Both the position numbers and the translations under genes were made by a program. A stretch of DNA of 64,000 nucleotides from Haliotis cracherodii (Eukaryota), in contig NW_027266330.1 of the NCBI RefSeq assembly GCF_022045235.1, positions 26,164,001-26,228,000 of the forward strand. Reading direction: 5' to 3'. Positions 1-12,279 of this stretch are shown one piece after another (the first letter of the stretch is position 1; each line of letters starts with the position of its first letter). A model generated the notes under the pieces. It ran no database searches and was not told where the DNA came from. It saw nothing but the letters and a program-made list of their open reading frames with translations.

Positions 1-569
1 GATATTTAGATTGTAAAACCTATTGATTCCTTACTATGATTCTGATATTAAATTATAAAAATTAACTCTTTAGTTTCATAACTTATTTAGTTACAGTTCC
101 ATTAACCTGAAATGATTTACCTGACACTTAACAAAGATACTGACCTTCGAGTACCACATCGGTGTCGGTAGCATCGTAAAAACACCAAGTTGCTGGCCAC
201 CAGGCAGCAACTGGCTTCTTTTCCTTGATCCCTTCTCATGAAACAGGCACATCAGCAGGAGTTCACGTCTTCCTATGAAGTATCGTTCCTTTTTTGTCTT
301 CAAAAATCACCACAAGAAAGGGGGCTGAAAAATCAAGTTGCATTCATTAATAACCTAAAACTAAAAGGCGGGTATTGCTGGTCACAAAACAAAGTTGACA
401 CAGGCAACTTTGCCAAAATTTCAACAACCTGGTGCCAGTCCAAAACGTAATTCAGGATCTATACCGCGATGGCGATGGAGCATGTCGACGGGGAAAACGA
501 TAAGTCCACAACATTTACTGGGAACATATATCTATTTCAAACAAACGTTACAAAACATGAGTTTCCCTT

Positions 570-650
570 ACTTACGAGTTCTTAAAAAAATATCAACCAA
601 CATCCTCGTTATAAAACAGCAGGTTACAAAATGGCGGCGATTTCCGTACT
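570..650 (-). promoter_or_regulatory. YY1-motif start region with a minus-strand GTAAGT donor (possible short first exon of an antisense or TE transcript)
   Basis: CAAAATGGCGGC at 627-638, minus-strand GTAAGT at 575-570, CpG-rich surroundings. Confidence 0.3.
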
Positions 651-1572
651 AATTACCATACAACAATGGACATTTGTTTGTAAAAAAAACTAAGTTTTAA
701 TTTCAAATACAACTTAAGATAAATAGAGTTTAACATAATACAAATATATAATTTGTTATCTATTAATTCAATAATTTTATAAACTTATAACGACAGTCTG
801 CGATCATATTTCACATTTCAGTGACCAGACACATAATTTGTTTTGAAGAAATACTTTTTTATCTCAGTCCCACATCGGTGCTCTCCGTAAATTTTACGGA
901 GAACCACGATGTGATCGAAACATGAAATCTGAAAGGCCTGCGCAATATTACAAAATTACATCTGCGCCTATTATTTTTCATAAATAGTCCCAAATTAGAT
1001 CAGTTTGAGGTTCAAAATTAGAACATAAATTTACGATTAATAAATTGAGCTTGAAAAAAGATTTCTCTTTCAGCGAATGCTAAAACTAAGTTCAATATCT
1101 AAGTGAGAATTGGTTTGGATCGGGGGTCGTTTCGGTGGATTATTTAGCATAATTGTTATGGAGACAATATAGAGGGCTATATTTTAAAAATATATTTATG
1201 TAACACAAACAGATCTAAAGTGTACCTACCGTTTGTTCAGGAACATACGTTGTCATCCTTGCTGAACTCAGAGTCGGCGTAGATTCTATCTCGATGAAGG
1301 TTTGGTGACTTTCTTTTTCAGTTTTTGCTTCTCTTTCAAATTATTATTTTTTATCGATAGATTAAAATATTATTCACTAGATCTATTTCCCGCAATGTTA
1401 TTGAAAATAGAATTCTCCGACACACACTTTGACAATGGGTCCACATCGAACAAGTCAAAGAACAAAATGAAAACGTGTCAATCAAATCTTTAGATTATAT
1501 TTTACAAAGTAATAAATGAAATCACCAAAATTATGTATCTGTCTAAAAGTTGTCAAACTTAGATATAAGTTA

Positions 1573-2159
1573 TCATTTCCATCTTTTCGTGCGATCGCGT
1601 GTGATGCGAGTCAAATATGGCATCGCGGCTTTTAATAGTTTTATCGCCTCGATTTCTCCACAATGTTTAATGCCAAATATATGCAAGAAAAATCTTTGTC
1701 TCAGCTCGTAACCTGGCACGATACATCCACGAAGTTTCATATTTTTAATATAGATCGCGATTTCCTGCTTAAAACGTTCAGAACAACACGATTTAACAAA
1801 AACCTTTCGTCAAAGTTTGATATACACGAGTGCCGTTGCTGTAATTGGTTGTATAAGGTCACGTGCTCAATTTGACCAATCACGAATCTTATAGCAGATT
1901 TCGGCAAGAAAGCGTCACCAGAAACCAATAAAATAGCATGTTATAGTAATGTAAATACTCAAGGCGAGTTGACTATCGTGTAGATGACAAAATAAACTTT
2001 GAAGATAATGGTGTGTCACATGGTACGTGTTATTCATGCGAAGCTTCGAAAACGGAGATATTTCTTCATGCTACAGATCGGACAGCCACTGTCATCGGGA
2101 AAATGATGACAGATATTATTAATAATTCTTTCGAAAATAATTTTCCGATTAGAGTCTAG
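1573..2159. pseudogene. Decayed divergent ORF pair around a bidirectional-promoter-like spacer, probably a DNA transposon relic
   Basis: Minus ORF 1740-1573 (MKLRGCIVPGYELRQRFFLHIFGIKHCGEIEAIKLLKAAMPYLTRITRDRTKRWK). Plus frame open 1950-2159 (CKYSRRVDYRVDDKINF...CYSC...) after an ATG at 1938 broken by two stops. Spacer has GTCACGTG and two CCAAT boxes. Confidence 0.3.
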
Positions 2160-3252
2160 ATCTACGTATACAATAAATATGAAAAACAACAACAACAATA
2201 ATTAGGTAGATCCACGGACGTATATATACGTCTTTGGTAGATCTAAGTTCTGAAAATCGTCAAATTTTTGTTTCCTCTGTCCTTATTCTGGACGTTATGA
2301 ATGTGTTAGCTTGGATTATTTTTATTTACAACACACTTAACTTAGTTGTAAATGCATCATTTAAATAATGTGATAAACATAACTTTCATTGGTGGGGGGT
2401 GGGTGGTGAAGAGGGACCACACCCAATGGACACAGAACAGCTACAATTAAAATATACCAGTTGTGAACAGAAGCTCATAAATCCTGAGACTATTATAACT
2501 GGTATTGCAGTACTTACTAAGGTACAAAGACAATGAGTAACTTGAGTGATGTGTTTGAATTTTCTGATTGATCATTCATTCTAAGTATAATTTAACTTGA
2601 ATAAACACTTTGACAGTCACTTGACTTGTATTTGAATTATGATTATAACCATTAAAACAGCCAATCATGTATTTCCTGGCACCCCTAAAAATGTAATGGC
2701 ACACTTAATTTGGCATAATTGTGCCCATTGGCAAACTTGAAATAAATTTAATTTCGATCCCTGTTATGTATATCTTGAGCCACAAATCAGCCACTATGTC
2801 TACAAGTAATATTACTTTATGTTGCCTTTTCTTATATACCTTTTTCTGAGGAGACTGTTATATGGCACACGGACACTGTTACTTTCTGATTGGAATTTAT
2901 GAATATATTGTACATTTCTTTCTTTTTTTCTGATTATTGCATACTGATAATTCCTGCATTTGTTTTAACTGTATTTAATAGAAATATACCTCGAAGCATT
3001 AATTGTGTTGGGTATTTAATTATTAATGTCCTTGCTGACATATATAGGATTTCTAATTCATTGCATGTGAATGTTTTAGATAAAGAGCTTTAGTATTATC
3101 CTTAAAGAAAATTCAAAATAAATAATAATGATCATGTCATCTCTTCCAAGCAAGGGACCTAGTTTTCCGAGATCTTGACTAAAGCTCAATGTATTGATCT
3201 GTATCAATTGAAAGGAAGTCTTTGAAAGATATATACTTACAATATAGTTTTG

Positions 3253-3915
3253 GCTAGTGAGGATGCATTCACATCATCATTGCAAACCGGTTATCAAGTT
3301 GCCTTGTGAGGAAGTCTCTGAATAGTCTTTGCAAAGTTCTTTCGAAGATTTCCACAAGCAAAGAAGACTCCACAGTATCTTTTCAATTTTGTTTATTTGT
3401 AAAGAAGTCTCCGAAAAGTCCCCACAAATGTTTTTGTGGGGTCTTCGTTAGTGAGAATGCACTCAATACATCCTTGCAAACAGTCAGCTATTTTATTGCC
3501 TTATGAGGAAGTCTCCGAATAGTCCTCACAAAGTCTTTGTGGGGTCTTCGCTAGCGAGGATGCACTGATACATCTTTGCAAACCTTCAGCTACTTTATGG
3601 CCCTTCTGAGGAAGTCTCCGAATAGTCTTTGCAAAGTTGTTTTGAAGGTCTTCGCTAGCGAAGACGTATCGGAGACATCTTAAGAGATCTCCTAAGACAT
3701 CCCCTGCTAGTGGAGATGCACTAGAAACGTCATCAGTAGGTTAATGCCTTTGTGGGGAAGTACTTGATTATTCCCCAGAATAGTCTTCGATGGGTCTCCG
3801 CAAAGTCTCGGCTAGCCGAGACCATAAAAATTGGCTAAAATCCCACAAAAGATGCATCGGGACGGTCTCGGGGCGGTCTCGGGTACATCTTTTCTGGGTT
3901 TTTTTTTTGTAAGGG
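3253..3915. mobile_element. Right end of an EnSpm/CACTA-like DNA transposon with a ~100-bp subterminal tandem array
   Basis: GA(G/A)GAAGTCTC(C/T)GAA(T/A)AGTC-type unit near 3308, 3402, 3505 and 3608. Terminus TTTTTTTGTAAGGG (reverse complement CCCTTACAAAAAAA). Left end not found. Confidence 0.5.
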
Positions 3916-4159
3916 AAGGATCCTCTACCAAAAGCAGAGTCCCTTGTATGATTATGAATCGCTTTCAAATAGTGATGATGTCAGCTGCTTGCAAATGGTG
4001 AACGTATCCTTGGCACCCGTCACGAACACATCCAAAGGCACACTATGAAGATGGCAAGGAATATTCAAAGGACAAGGGCCATTTTTGGTCCATAGGATAT
4101 GAATACCAGTTATTTAAGAAATGAGGAAACTTTTTCAAATCATTATAAAAATCATCAGA

Positions 4160-4302
4160 TGCATATAACACACAAGTGCGTATTATACATGTATAAATAA
4201 GTGTTGTGTACATTGATGAATCGGAAGGGGTGCTAATTTAGATTGTTCACTAGCCAATATATTAGCAAATTACGCCATGGGCGCTTATTACGTCGAACAC
4301 GG
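4160..4302. mobile_element. Partial Tc1/mariner-pogo-type MITE (same family as 9868, 39600, 57908)
   Basis: Ends GGGCGCTTATTACGTCGAACACGG followed by TA. Internal match to the other copies. Confidence 0.8.
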
Positions 4303-5030
4303 TATATTGAATCTGATACTGTTGTGTTGGGGTGCCAGTCAGTCAGCTCGGCCAGACAAGTAAAAATTTAAAGATAATCCAGTCACATGGTAACACAAAC
4401 ATGCATCCGATGTCAGTGTGAAAAAAGGTACATGTACAGAAATGATAGATGCATGATGAAAAAAGTATTTGCAAGAAGTTTGGTAAACATGGAAAGACAA
4501 AGGTCTTTTTTGAAAAGAATAACAGGAGAAGCCATGCAGATGATAAAACAAGGCACCGATGATAAACTGATAAGGATAATAAGGATGTCAGGGACAAGGA
4601 TGATGACAGAGAATCCCAATAACCTCTGCCACTAAACAACAAGTCGGACAGATTAGTATCAGTGATGCATTGTTCTTTCCACACTTTCAAATTGTTGTGT
4701 CTGATGGCTTTGTGTTTTGTCTTTGATCTTGTGCTGGCATCCTGGGCTGCCTGGCCTGCCTGGCCTGGCCACACAATGTGGAAGTGTAGAGGGCTGTGAC
4801 AGCTTTCATCCGGTCTTGTTGCCATGTCATGGTCAATTATCAGGTCATTGAGGTGATCCCCCTCTACTAGAAGGATGCCACCTTTCATTTGGCTTCATGC
4901 ATACTTATGGCAGCTAGAACAGATAAGCCATGTGCCTATGCATGTACACATATTTGTCTCCTTTCGTTACAAAGAGTGCATTTTTGTTTTTGTTGGTGTT
5001 TGCATATGTTTCCGTCAAAAAAATAACCTG

Positions 5031-5137
5031 GGCCTCGTTCCTCAAAGCGATCTTAGCGCTACAGTGATCTTAAGCCTATGTTAAAGTATGGGACTTACGA
5101 TCACCTTAGCGCTACGATTGCTTTGAGGAACGGGGCC
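5031..5137. mobile_element. 107-bp palindromic MITE, PIF/Harbinger-like
   Basis: Long TIRs beginning GGCC, flanked by CTG/CAG. Same length and sequence family as 12173 and 32838. Confidence 0.85.
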
Positions 5138-6004
5138 CAGATAAGCAGGAATTTTTTTATTGTTAAAGGTATTCTAAATCTGGTTATATGTTGTGTATGT
5201 CTGGCTAAAATATTTGTCTGTATCAATAAGGTTTTGCGTTCCTTTCTGTTCGAGTTAGCTTCTTGTTGAATTAGAAGTTTCATCAATATCTTTTGTCTAT
5301 GCAAGTTAGTGTTTCTGTCATATTCTGTACTTCTTGCTAAAATATTACCTGGTGCGAGTAAGCATGTTTCGAGTTCAAACTTGAATTCTCAGAACACTAC
5401 ACTCTCTATTGGTCAGTTTATTGTTGAGCTTTTATTCCCTACAGAGTTTATGGGAGACTAATATGGGATTAGCTTGGAAGCACCAACAGAATCTGCAGAT
5501 GGCCTTGACATGTTGAAACTACTTCGTGATTTAGCTCAAATTATGAAACGGCTGGAATTCTTTGAACATCTTGTGCCAGACATCATTGCAAGATGATCTT
5601 TAGTAGACTTTAACACCTATTCGCTTCATAAAATACCTGCAACAGACCACATAAAGTTAAATGGTTCAGCCCATTGGTGCCATTAATTAAAGTTTCCCTT
5701 TAACGGCTGGTCAAGCGTCCACTGACATGTCCATCTGATCTGTCTGTGTCTATTTATCTGATTGGTCAAACTGGTGCTGACTGAAGATCAAGGTCATCTG
5801 GTGGATGGAATAATGTCTCAAGAACAGCTGTGACAACAGTGGCCATCCTTCTTGTGGTGCATTATGGGTGGTTGCACCTGTGTGTAATGTGGACCTGCAG
5901 GTTATAAACTGAAACATGCTGTCTTCATCCCACCAGTGTGCCTACACAAGAAATGTGCAGCAGGACATCATCAGGCTTCAGCCACTGTTGTTGTTGTCCT
6001 TCAG

Positions 6005-6355
6005 GACCGCTTCCGTGGTCTAGTGGTAGAGCGTCCGCCTGGAGAGGGGAAGGTCCGGGGTTCGATCCCCGGCCGCGTCATACCAAAAGACGTTAAAAGA
6101 TGGTTCTTGTTGTTACCCTGTCTGGCGCTCTGCATTAAAGGGCTAAAACAAGGACTGGTCAGCTCGGAGTCAGTGTACTGTGTCTGAGTGGGATATTCAT
6201 GTTATACTGCGGCATGGTATCTCAGTGAGCTAGCACTATAAATCGGCATAGTCCGGACTAGTACACGCAGCCACACAAACACATACACGTACATGCACGT
6301 CGCTATATAAGTGCAATAATCTTGGACGCGACGTTAAACCCAATTTCACATAACC
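6005..6355 (+). mobile_element. tRNA-derived SINE, family D
   Basis: A box TGGTCTAGTGG and B box GGTTCGATCCC. TSD tgttgt(c/a)cttcag at 5992-6004 and 6356-6368. Second copy at 59063. Confidence 0.9.
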
Positions 6356-6645
6356 TGTTGTACTTCAGGCTTCCTGGGAGTACTCATATGAGGATGTCAT
6401 GATGATGCATTGGTGTCAGGATATTGCAACTGACATCCTTGTTGATGTACCGTTAACAACAACCGGTGCCTATGAACAGATGAGAATATCTCAGCTACTT
6501 GCGGCTACAGATATGTAATATTCATCTGTCCAGATTGCTATTTCATGGTTGTTAGGTTTCTATAATGCACTTGGATAATGAATGCACTTGGTGCATTGCT
6601 TGTTGCTATGCAAGTGTTCAGGCGTTTGGGTGTATATATAGGTCT

Positions 6646-6798
6646 CATGGGCGGATACAGAGAGGGGGTGCGGGGGTGCCCACCCACCCCTTTTTATTTC
6701 GAAAAAAAATCTTTATTTTTGTATAAATTACCACCAAAGACAATAAATAGATCTTAATTGTGCACCCCTCCTTTTCTAAAAAGCTGTATCCGCCCATG
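6646..6798. mobile_element. MITE with 15-bp TIR CATGGGCGGATACAG and 5-bp TSD
   Basis: Perfect TIRs at 6646-6660 and 6784-6798. GGTCT duplicated on both flanks. Confidence 0.85.
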
Positions 6799-7249
6799 GG
6801 TCTGTAGTATGGAACATCACAACACTGTTACATTAGTAAACAGAAACATAGCAGTTATTAAAAACATACTGTCATATCAATTTATGGAAACTGTTTGTTT
6901 TTTAAATTTTAGTCTTCGGGGATATGCCTTGAGAGTGATTCCCTCAATCAGTCCCTGTTGTTGCCAACATGACCTGTATCCACCCACTCCTATTGTGTCT
7001 GTAGCCTGCTTGCACCCACTCTTTGATGAAGTGTGCCAGGAAGGACCTAACCAACCTGCCTGTAATTTGTTCCTGCCTGCCTCATGTTGACCAGCTGTAG
7101 CCAATACTGTTGCCACTCGCCCAGAACAAGCAGTTAGTCCTTCCTTTGGTGATAAGATTTCAGTGTAATGCTATCTTTAACTGGGTTTAAGCAGCTTAGA
7201 AGGTTCTAATTAGCTGTATAACTGATGAGGTGTCCTCTAGGAACTTGAA

Positions 7250-8075
7250 TTGGCATCAATGAAAGACCCTGGTCTGGGACCCTGAGTTATGTGTCTAGGA
7301 AGGGCTGTGATATCATCATATCTTTTCTAGGTTTTCTATAGATAACGTTTGCACATAATGGTTATTAAGTTTGAAATTCGGGATGAATGTGTTCCTTTGA
7401 GAATTCCTTCAAATCTGTGGAGTAATTTGTTTTGAAGCACCTGAAACCAAAGAAGCAATCTCTTTGGAATGATGTCTTCATGAAACAGTATCTGATAATA
7501 GCTGTCTTCAAGAAAAACATTTGGGCTTGTCAACAGAAATGTAATGTTACCACTTGTAATGAAGATGCATGGAAATGCCATTCGGGCCTGTTTAGAAGAG
7601 ATGTTTGATCCGTCCATAAGTAAGCTCAGATGTACTGAACCCTTAGACTGGATGAAGTAACGTAAAGGGATATGAATCTGAAAGAAATACATTTCCTTTG
7701 TCTCTAGTTTTCCCAACTCTTTTGGCTTAGACAGCTTCCCTCAAAAGACAGAAAGAGTATTATCTTTGTTAAGAAAAGCTTATTAAAAGTGCCAAGGAAG
7801 TTCTGCTGCTCAATCTGTTTGAAATGAATCGGAAAAGGTTGAAACAGAGTTCTGTCTGTGATTTTACATTTCTGGAATGATCCTTCCACTAAGAATGTTT
7901 TCCACGAAGAAATAAGATGAATGTTTGTAGGAAAATGTGCTGTAGTATGATATGTTCATGATCGAGATTTCAGGAATGTATTTCCAAATAATAATATTGA
8001 ATGAAGACTTGATCTTGAAGTTTCCATTTTTTATATTACTCCTTGTATGCACTTAAAATCGCCTGGTATCATCTA
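7250..8075 (-). mobile_element. Heavily decayed LINE fragment, possibly an I/Nimb-type RNase H region
   Basis: Chain of overlapping minus-strand ORFs (7864-8052, 7704-7889, 7336-7716) containing MDGS and EDIIP segments reminiscent of non-LTR RNase H. Weak similarity only. Confidence 0.3.
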
Positions 8076-8175
8076 CAGATATGTTGAATATGTAATTTAT
8101 ATGTAATAGAGATAACTTGCATGGATGAATAGGTAGATAAGTCAAAATGCCCTATATGTGTTTATGGTATATTAC

Positions 8176-8336
8176 GGGGCGGTCGGGTAGCCTAGTGGTT
8201 AAAGCGTTCGCTTGTCACGCCGAAGACCCGGGTTCGATTCCCGACATGGGTACAATGTGTGAAGCCCATTTCTGGTGTCCTCCGCCGTGATATGGCTGGA
8301 ATATTGCTAAAAGCGCGTAAAACTATACTCACTCAC
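8176..8336 (+). mobile_element. tRNA-Asp-derived SINE, family A
   Basis: A box TAGCCTAGTGG, GTC anticodon-like loop, B box GGTTCGATTCC, (CTCA)n tail. 14-bp TSD ttatggtatattac. Confidence 0.93.
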
Positions 8337-8371
8337 TTATGGTATATTACAGAGACATGTTCAAGCAGAAT

Positions 8372-8619
8372 TGGGGCACGGATGGCCCACTGGTTTAAGG
8401 TGTTTAAGGTTTTATCCCTTGGGCTCACCAGAAACCTATCATCATGGGTTTGAATCCTGGTTCCCCCAAATTATGTTTCTAGGTTTGTCAGCACCATACC
8501 TGTGCTTGTGGGTGTTAGCAGAGTGTTAAACGTCTGAGACCTGCATCGCTTCAGGCTTTCCTCCCACATTAAGCTGACATGCCGTGATATACTGTTCAAG
8601 AGACATTAATCCCATCTCA
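8372..8619 (+). mobile_element. tRNA-Leu-like SINE, family C (V-domain-like centre)
   Basis: Matches copies at 8865, 23308, 25810, 51173 and 61984. TSD ttcaa(g/a)cagaat. Confidence 0.85.
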
Positions 8620-8864
8620 TTCAAACAGAATGACTATAGATTCAAAATAAGCTGGTGTTTGAATACACAAGGGTCAACTGAAGGTGGCCAGCTGTTGTTA
8701 ATTACAGTATGCATGATATCAGATATTAGATATTATACACAAAACTGAAAATATATTGGTGTTCACTGTTCTTACATGGCAATAACATGCAACATATAAA
8801 CGGTATTTCAACAGATGTTCCTAAGGCGAATGAATGTGGTTATAATTTCATTGTTATTGAGTTG

Positions 8865-9140
8865 TCATTGTTATTAATGCCGCTTTTAACAGTATTCAAG
8901 TTATATCACGGCGTGTCAGCTTCATGTGGGAGGAAAGCCCGAATTGATGCAGGTCTCAGACGTTTACCACTTCAGGGAAACCCACGAACACGGGTATGGT
9001 GCTGACAAACCTAGAAACATAATCAGGGCAAACCAGGATTCGAACCCACAATCATATGCTTCTGGTGTGCCCAAGGGACGCAGCTGACGACTGCACAGCG
9101 AATTGCAGCGCCTTAGACAACTGGGTCACCTGTGCCCCCA
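8865..9140 (-). mobile_element. SINE family C, antisense, tail lost
   Basis: Reverse complement of family C. 11-bp TSD ttattgagttg. Confidence 0.9.
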
Positions 9141-9457
9141 TTATTGAGTTGGATTTATGTAGTAGTGTACCAATGGTACTGACATTGAATGATAAGGTTT
9201 TATTTTGTATTTTGAGTGTTTAAAGTTCATGATTTTTGTTATAAATGTTTCTATTTGGTTGTTATTGTTCCTACATTTAAGACATTTAGGATTAGATGTT
9301 ACAGAACCTGTGATGTTGCATGACTATCTAAATGCCTCTAAAGGTTATCCGTGTTTACATGAAGTCGTCATTTTCAAATATGTGATTTTGACATTTGAGG
9401 AATGAAGTGATAACTGATGGATTGATATGTGATTAATGTCTCTGTGTGCCGATACAG

Positions 9458-9484
9458 CCCTCAGATCTGGACAGATTGGCCCAG
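9458..9484 (+). CDS. Candidate 27-nt cassette microexon (PSDLDRLAQ)
   Basis: tgtctctgtgtgccgatacag acceptor and CAG|gtttgc donor. Nine codons, phase 0-0, compatible with the host intron phase. No expression evidence. Confidence 0.25.
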
Positions 9485-9867
9485 GTTTGCAATAAACATG
9501 GCTGTCAAGCTGAGTGGCTGGAGCCAGCGGTATCACAGTCCACACCCCACGCCTCGCGCCTGAATGTACCACAGTGTACATCCGTGTCTGTCAGCCCTGA
9601 AATTGGCATGTCATTGATTAGTGCTGATATGATGGAAGTGATCTCCAAGTCATGGGGAGAGCTGATTAACATGGACTGAGATAGGAGTTTGAGCAGTGTG
9701 AAGTTATTTACAGTGATATGGTTTATTAATTTTGTCTTCAAGACAAGTAAAGCCTACACCTAACTTTCTTAATTCAATTACCTGGTATACCCTAATTTTA
9801 AGATATCGAGAAACCTTACAAAATGATATAGTTTATAACTGTAATAATGTCATGTTGATTAGAAATA

Positions 9868-10162
9868 CCGTATTTGACGTAATAAGCGCTCTCAAAATTA
9901 GAAATATTATTTTGGTGAGAAAAAAAACAGAGTTGAAAGATAAATTTCATGTTCATGTACGACAGATATATTTTTCCAGAATTTAATTGCCCATGATTAA
10001 GGTTGCATATAAAACAAGAGTGCGTATCAAACGCGAATAAATAAGTCTTGTGAACATTGATCAATCCGAAGGGGTGCTAATTGGGATTGTTCACTAGCCA
10101 ATATATTTGCAAATATCACCATGGGCGCTTATTAGAGCGGGCGCTTCTTACGTCGAATACGG
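9868..10162. mobile_element. Tc1/mariner-pogo-type MITE
   Basis: TIR CCGTATT(T/C)GACGTAA(T/G)AAGCGC with TA on both flanks. Confidence 0.9.
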
Positions 10163-10487
10163 TACGCTGAAATTGCAAGGTGATAATGCCAGATTTCAAA
10201 GCTGTATACCATTCAGTTGTTGGTTCTAATATATATATTTGCATACTTTGTATGCAAAATTGGGTGAGTGGTGGTTGCCACCGGAAGGGCAGGACGTGAT
10301 TACCCTTTTCGTGAACACCTGGTGTCATGGTTTATTTTCAGTGATGATTATTTTATCTTTCCAATGTAGGACATCCAAAGATAGGCAGCTGTCAATACTT
10401 CATCAGGCATTATTTAATTATGATTTTCATGACATGCTTATGATGTCATTGCCAAATATTAGGGAAAGTTTGTATGGGCTGGTCATT

Positions 10488-10668
10488 CTAACAGGATCTG
10501 GTGGTCAGGCTCGCGGACTTGGTTGATGCATGTCATCGTATCCCAATAATTGAATCAATGCTCATGATGTCAATCACTGGATTGTCTGGTCCAGATTTGA
10601 TTATGTACAGGCCACCGTCGTATAGCTGAAATATTGCTGAGTGCGGCGTTAAACAACAACCAACCAAC
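10488..10668 (+). mobile_element. SINE family B, 5'-truncated
   Basis: Body ggtggtcaggctcgc...ggattgtctggtccagac, with (CAAC)n tail. Confidence 0.88.
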
Positions 10669-12172
10669 TACAGCGAGTAGACACACAACGATGGCATTCT
10701 TCCACGCATTAAGCCTGTTTGAGTGCTCACTGGGAATGTAGCTGGAATATTGCTCAGTGCGGAGTTAAACAACAAACATCATATCACATCATTACCTCTC
10801 CTTGGTTTCAAAATTACTTTCTCAGAATATCTCCTCTATTAAGTATGCCCTAGAAAAGAAATTATGTGAGGGATATTTTTATCAACATATTTGTGTGTGT
10901 GTCTAAAGTAACATATTCCTCTCAAATAAAGGATGTGTAAAGGACACAATGCTGCACAAGGAACAAGGTCATCCAGGACAGTGTGCCCAGAGATCAGACT
11001 ATGTTTATGAAACATCCATTAAGTATAAGCTAACAGTCTGTCAAAGGTTCATAAGCATTAGTATTCCCATCCTTTGAAAATAAAATTATATGATAAAAAG
11101 AGGATTTTAACATAATGAGTGAAAACTATCAGCAGCCTCCTTAAAACTTCCTCTTAAAAGACTGTTTCCTCTCCATCTGGCTCAAGTGTGCACTAATAAA
11201 CTGACTGATCTACAGCTACAGGCCCACACGGTTTCACTAATGGGCTACACTTCTGGCTACAGGGATCCAACAAGGTGTATGGTTTATAACACATCTCAAC
11301 ATCACACTCCCCCTGTTTATAACCAAACTCCCAAATTGGCCATGTTTGAACAACAGGGTGCAATAAAGCATCCTGGCTGATGCTGTATGTCTGCAAGGCT
11401 AATGAAACAGGTTTGGGTCAACGTTGTAATGGTCAGCGGATGGATTTCAGCTGTCCACAAATTTCTTTGATGTCAGTGTTGTGATAGTGACCACTAGCCA
11501 ACCAACCTTGTTGAAACTCTCAATTAGAGCCAAGTATATTTTTCTTGGGGTATCTTGAAGGATGTTGGATGAGTGAATACCCAAAACAAGAGGATATAGT
11601 GATTGAAATATACCATGCTTGTTTTTGTTTTGTGCGATGTTGATCATAAAGTGTTAATGTTTGGTATTGGGCCATCTGTTAGAGAAGGGTAGGAGTCAGG
11701 CTGTGAGAACGGGTCTTGTACATTGATGATGACAAGAGCTTGAGGAGCAATCAGATTAGTTATGTGGGAACATAAGCTTTTCAGAAGGAGAAGAACAGCT
11801 CTGATGAATCGCAACATGGAAATGAAGAAATATTACATATTTCAGTGCGTTTACTGTTCACCGAAATATTTCCAACAAAACTAATTCTAATAAAGATTAG
11901 TAAATTAATTGTCAATTTCTATCAACATTTCAGTCATAGAATTGAGACCTGTTATCCTGACAGTCTGTCATAAAGGGATCCCTTTTCTAACTTACATTGT
12001 ATTTTGATGATCTGGAAAAAACTTTTGTACTATTTTGATCCATTTTAAATTTAAAATCTTTTGCAAAGAAAGCTTGATGCCATTGTTTCTTGTAAGTATG
12101 TCGTGCTCTTCTCTTATACTGTGGCTATGACTTTGTGTCTATTAGTGCAGTAATGTATTGGAAAGAGTCCGG

Positions 12173-12279
12173 GGCCCTGTTCCACAAAGCGATCTTAGTG
12201 CTACGTTGATCGTAAGCCTATGGTAAAGTATGGGAGTTAAGACCGACTTAGCACTTAGGTCGCTTTGTGGAATAAGGCC
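12173..12279. mobile_element. 107-bp palindromic Harbinger-like MITE
   Basis: TIR GGCCCTGTTCCACAAAGCGA; near identical to the 32838 copy. Confidence 0.88.

Noticed and set aside
4343-4888. 181-aa minus-strand ORF
   Set aside because: No recognisable domain or splice structure; composition typical of chance ORFs.
5445-6518. Coding-looking stretches at 5445-5596 and 6369-6518
   Set aside because: The first has an in-frame stop at 5459. The apparent acceptor of the second is part of a SINE TSD. No recognisable homology.
8176-8255. tRNA-Asp-, Leu- and Arg-like heads of SINE families A, C and D as tRNA genes
   Set aside because: No proper acceptor stem, always followed by a SINE body and tail, flanked by TSDs, and diverged between copies.
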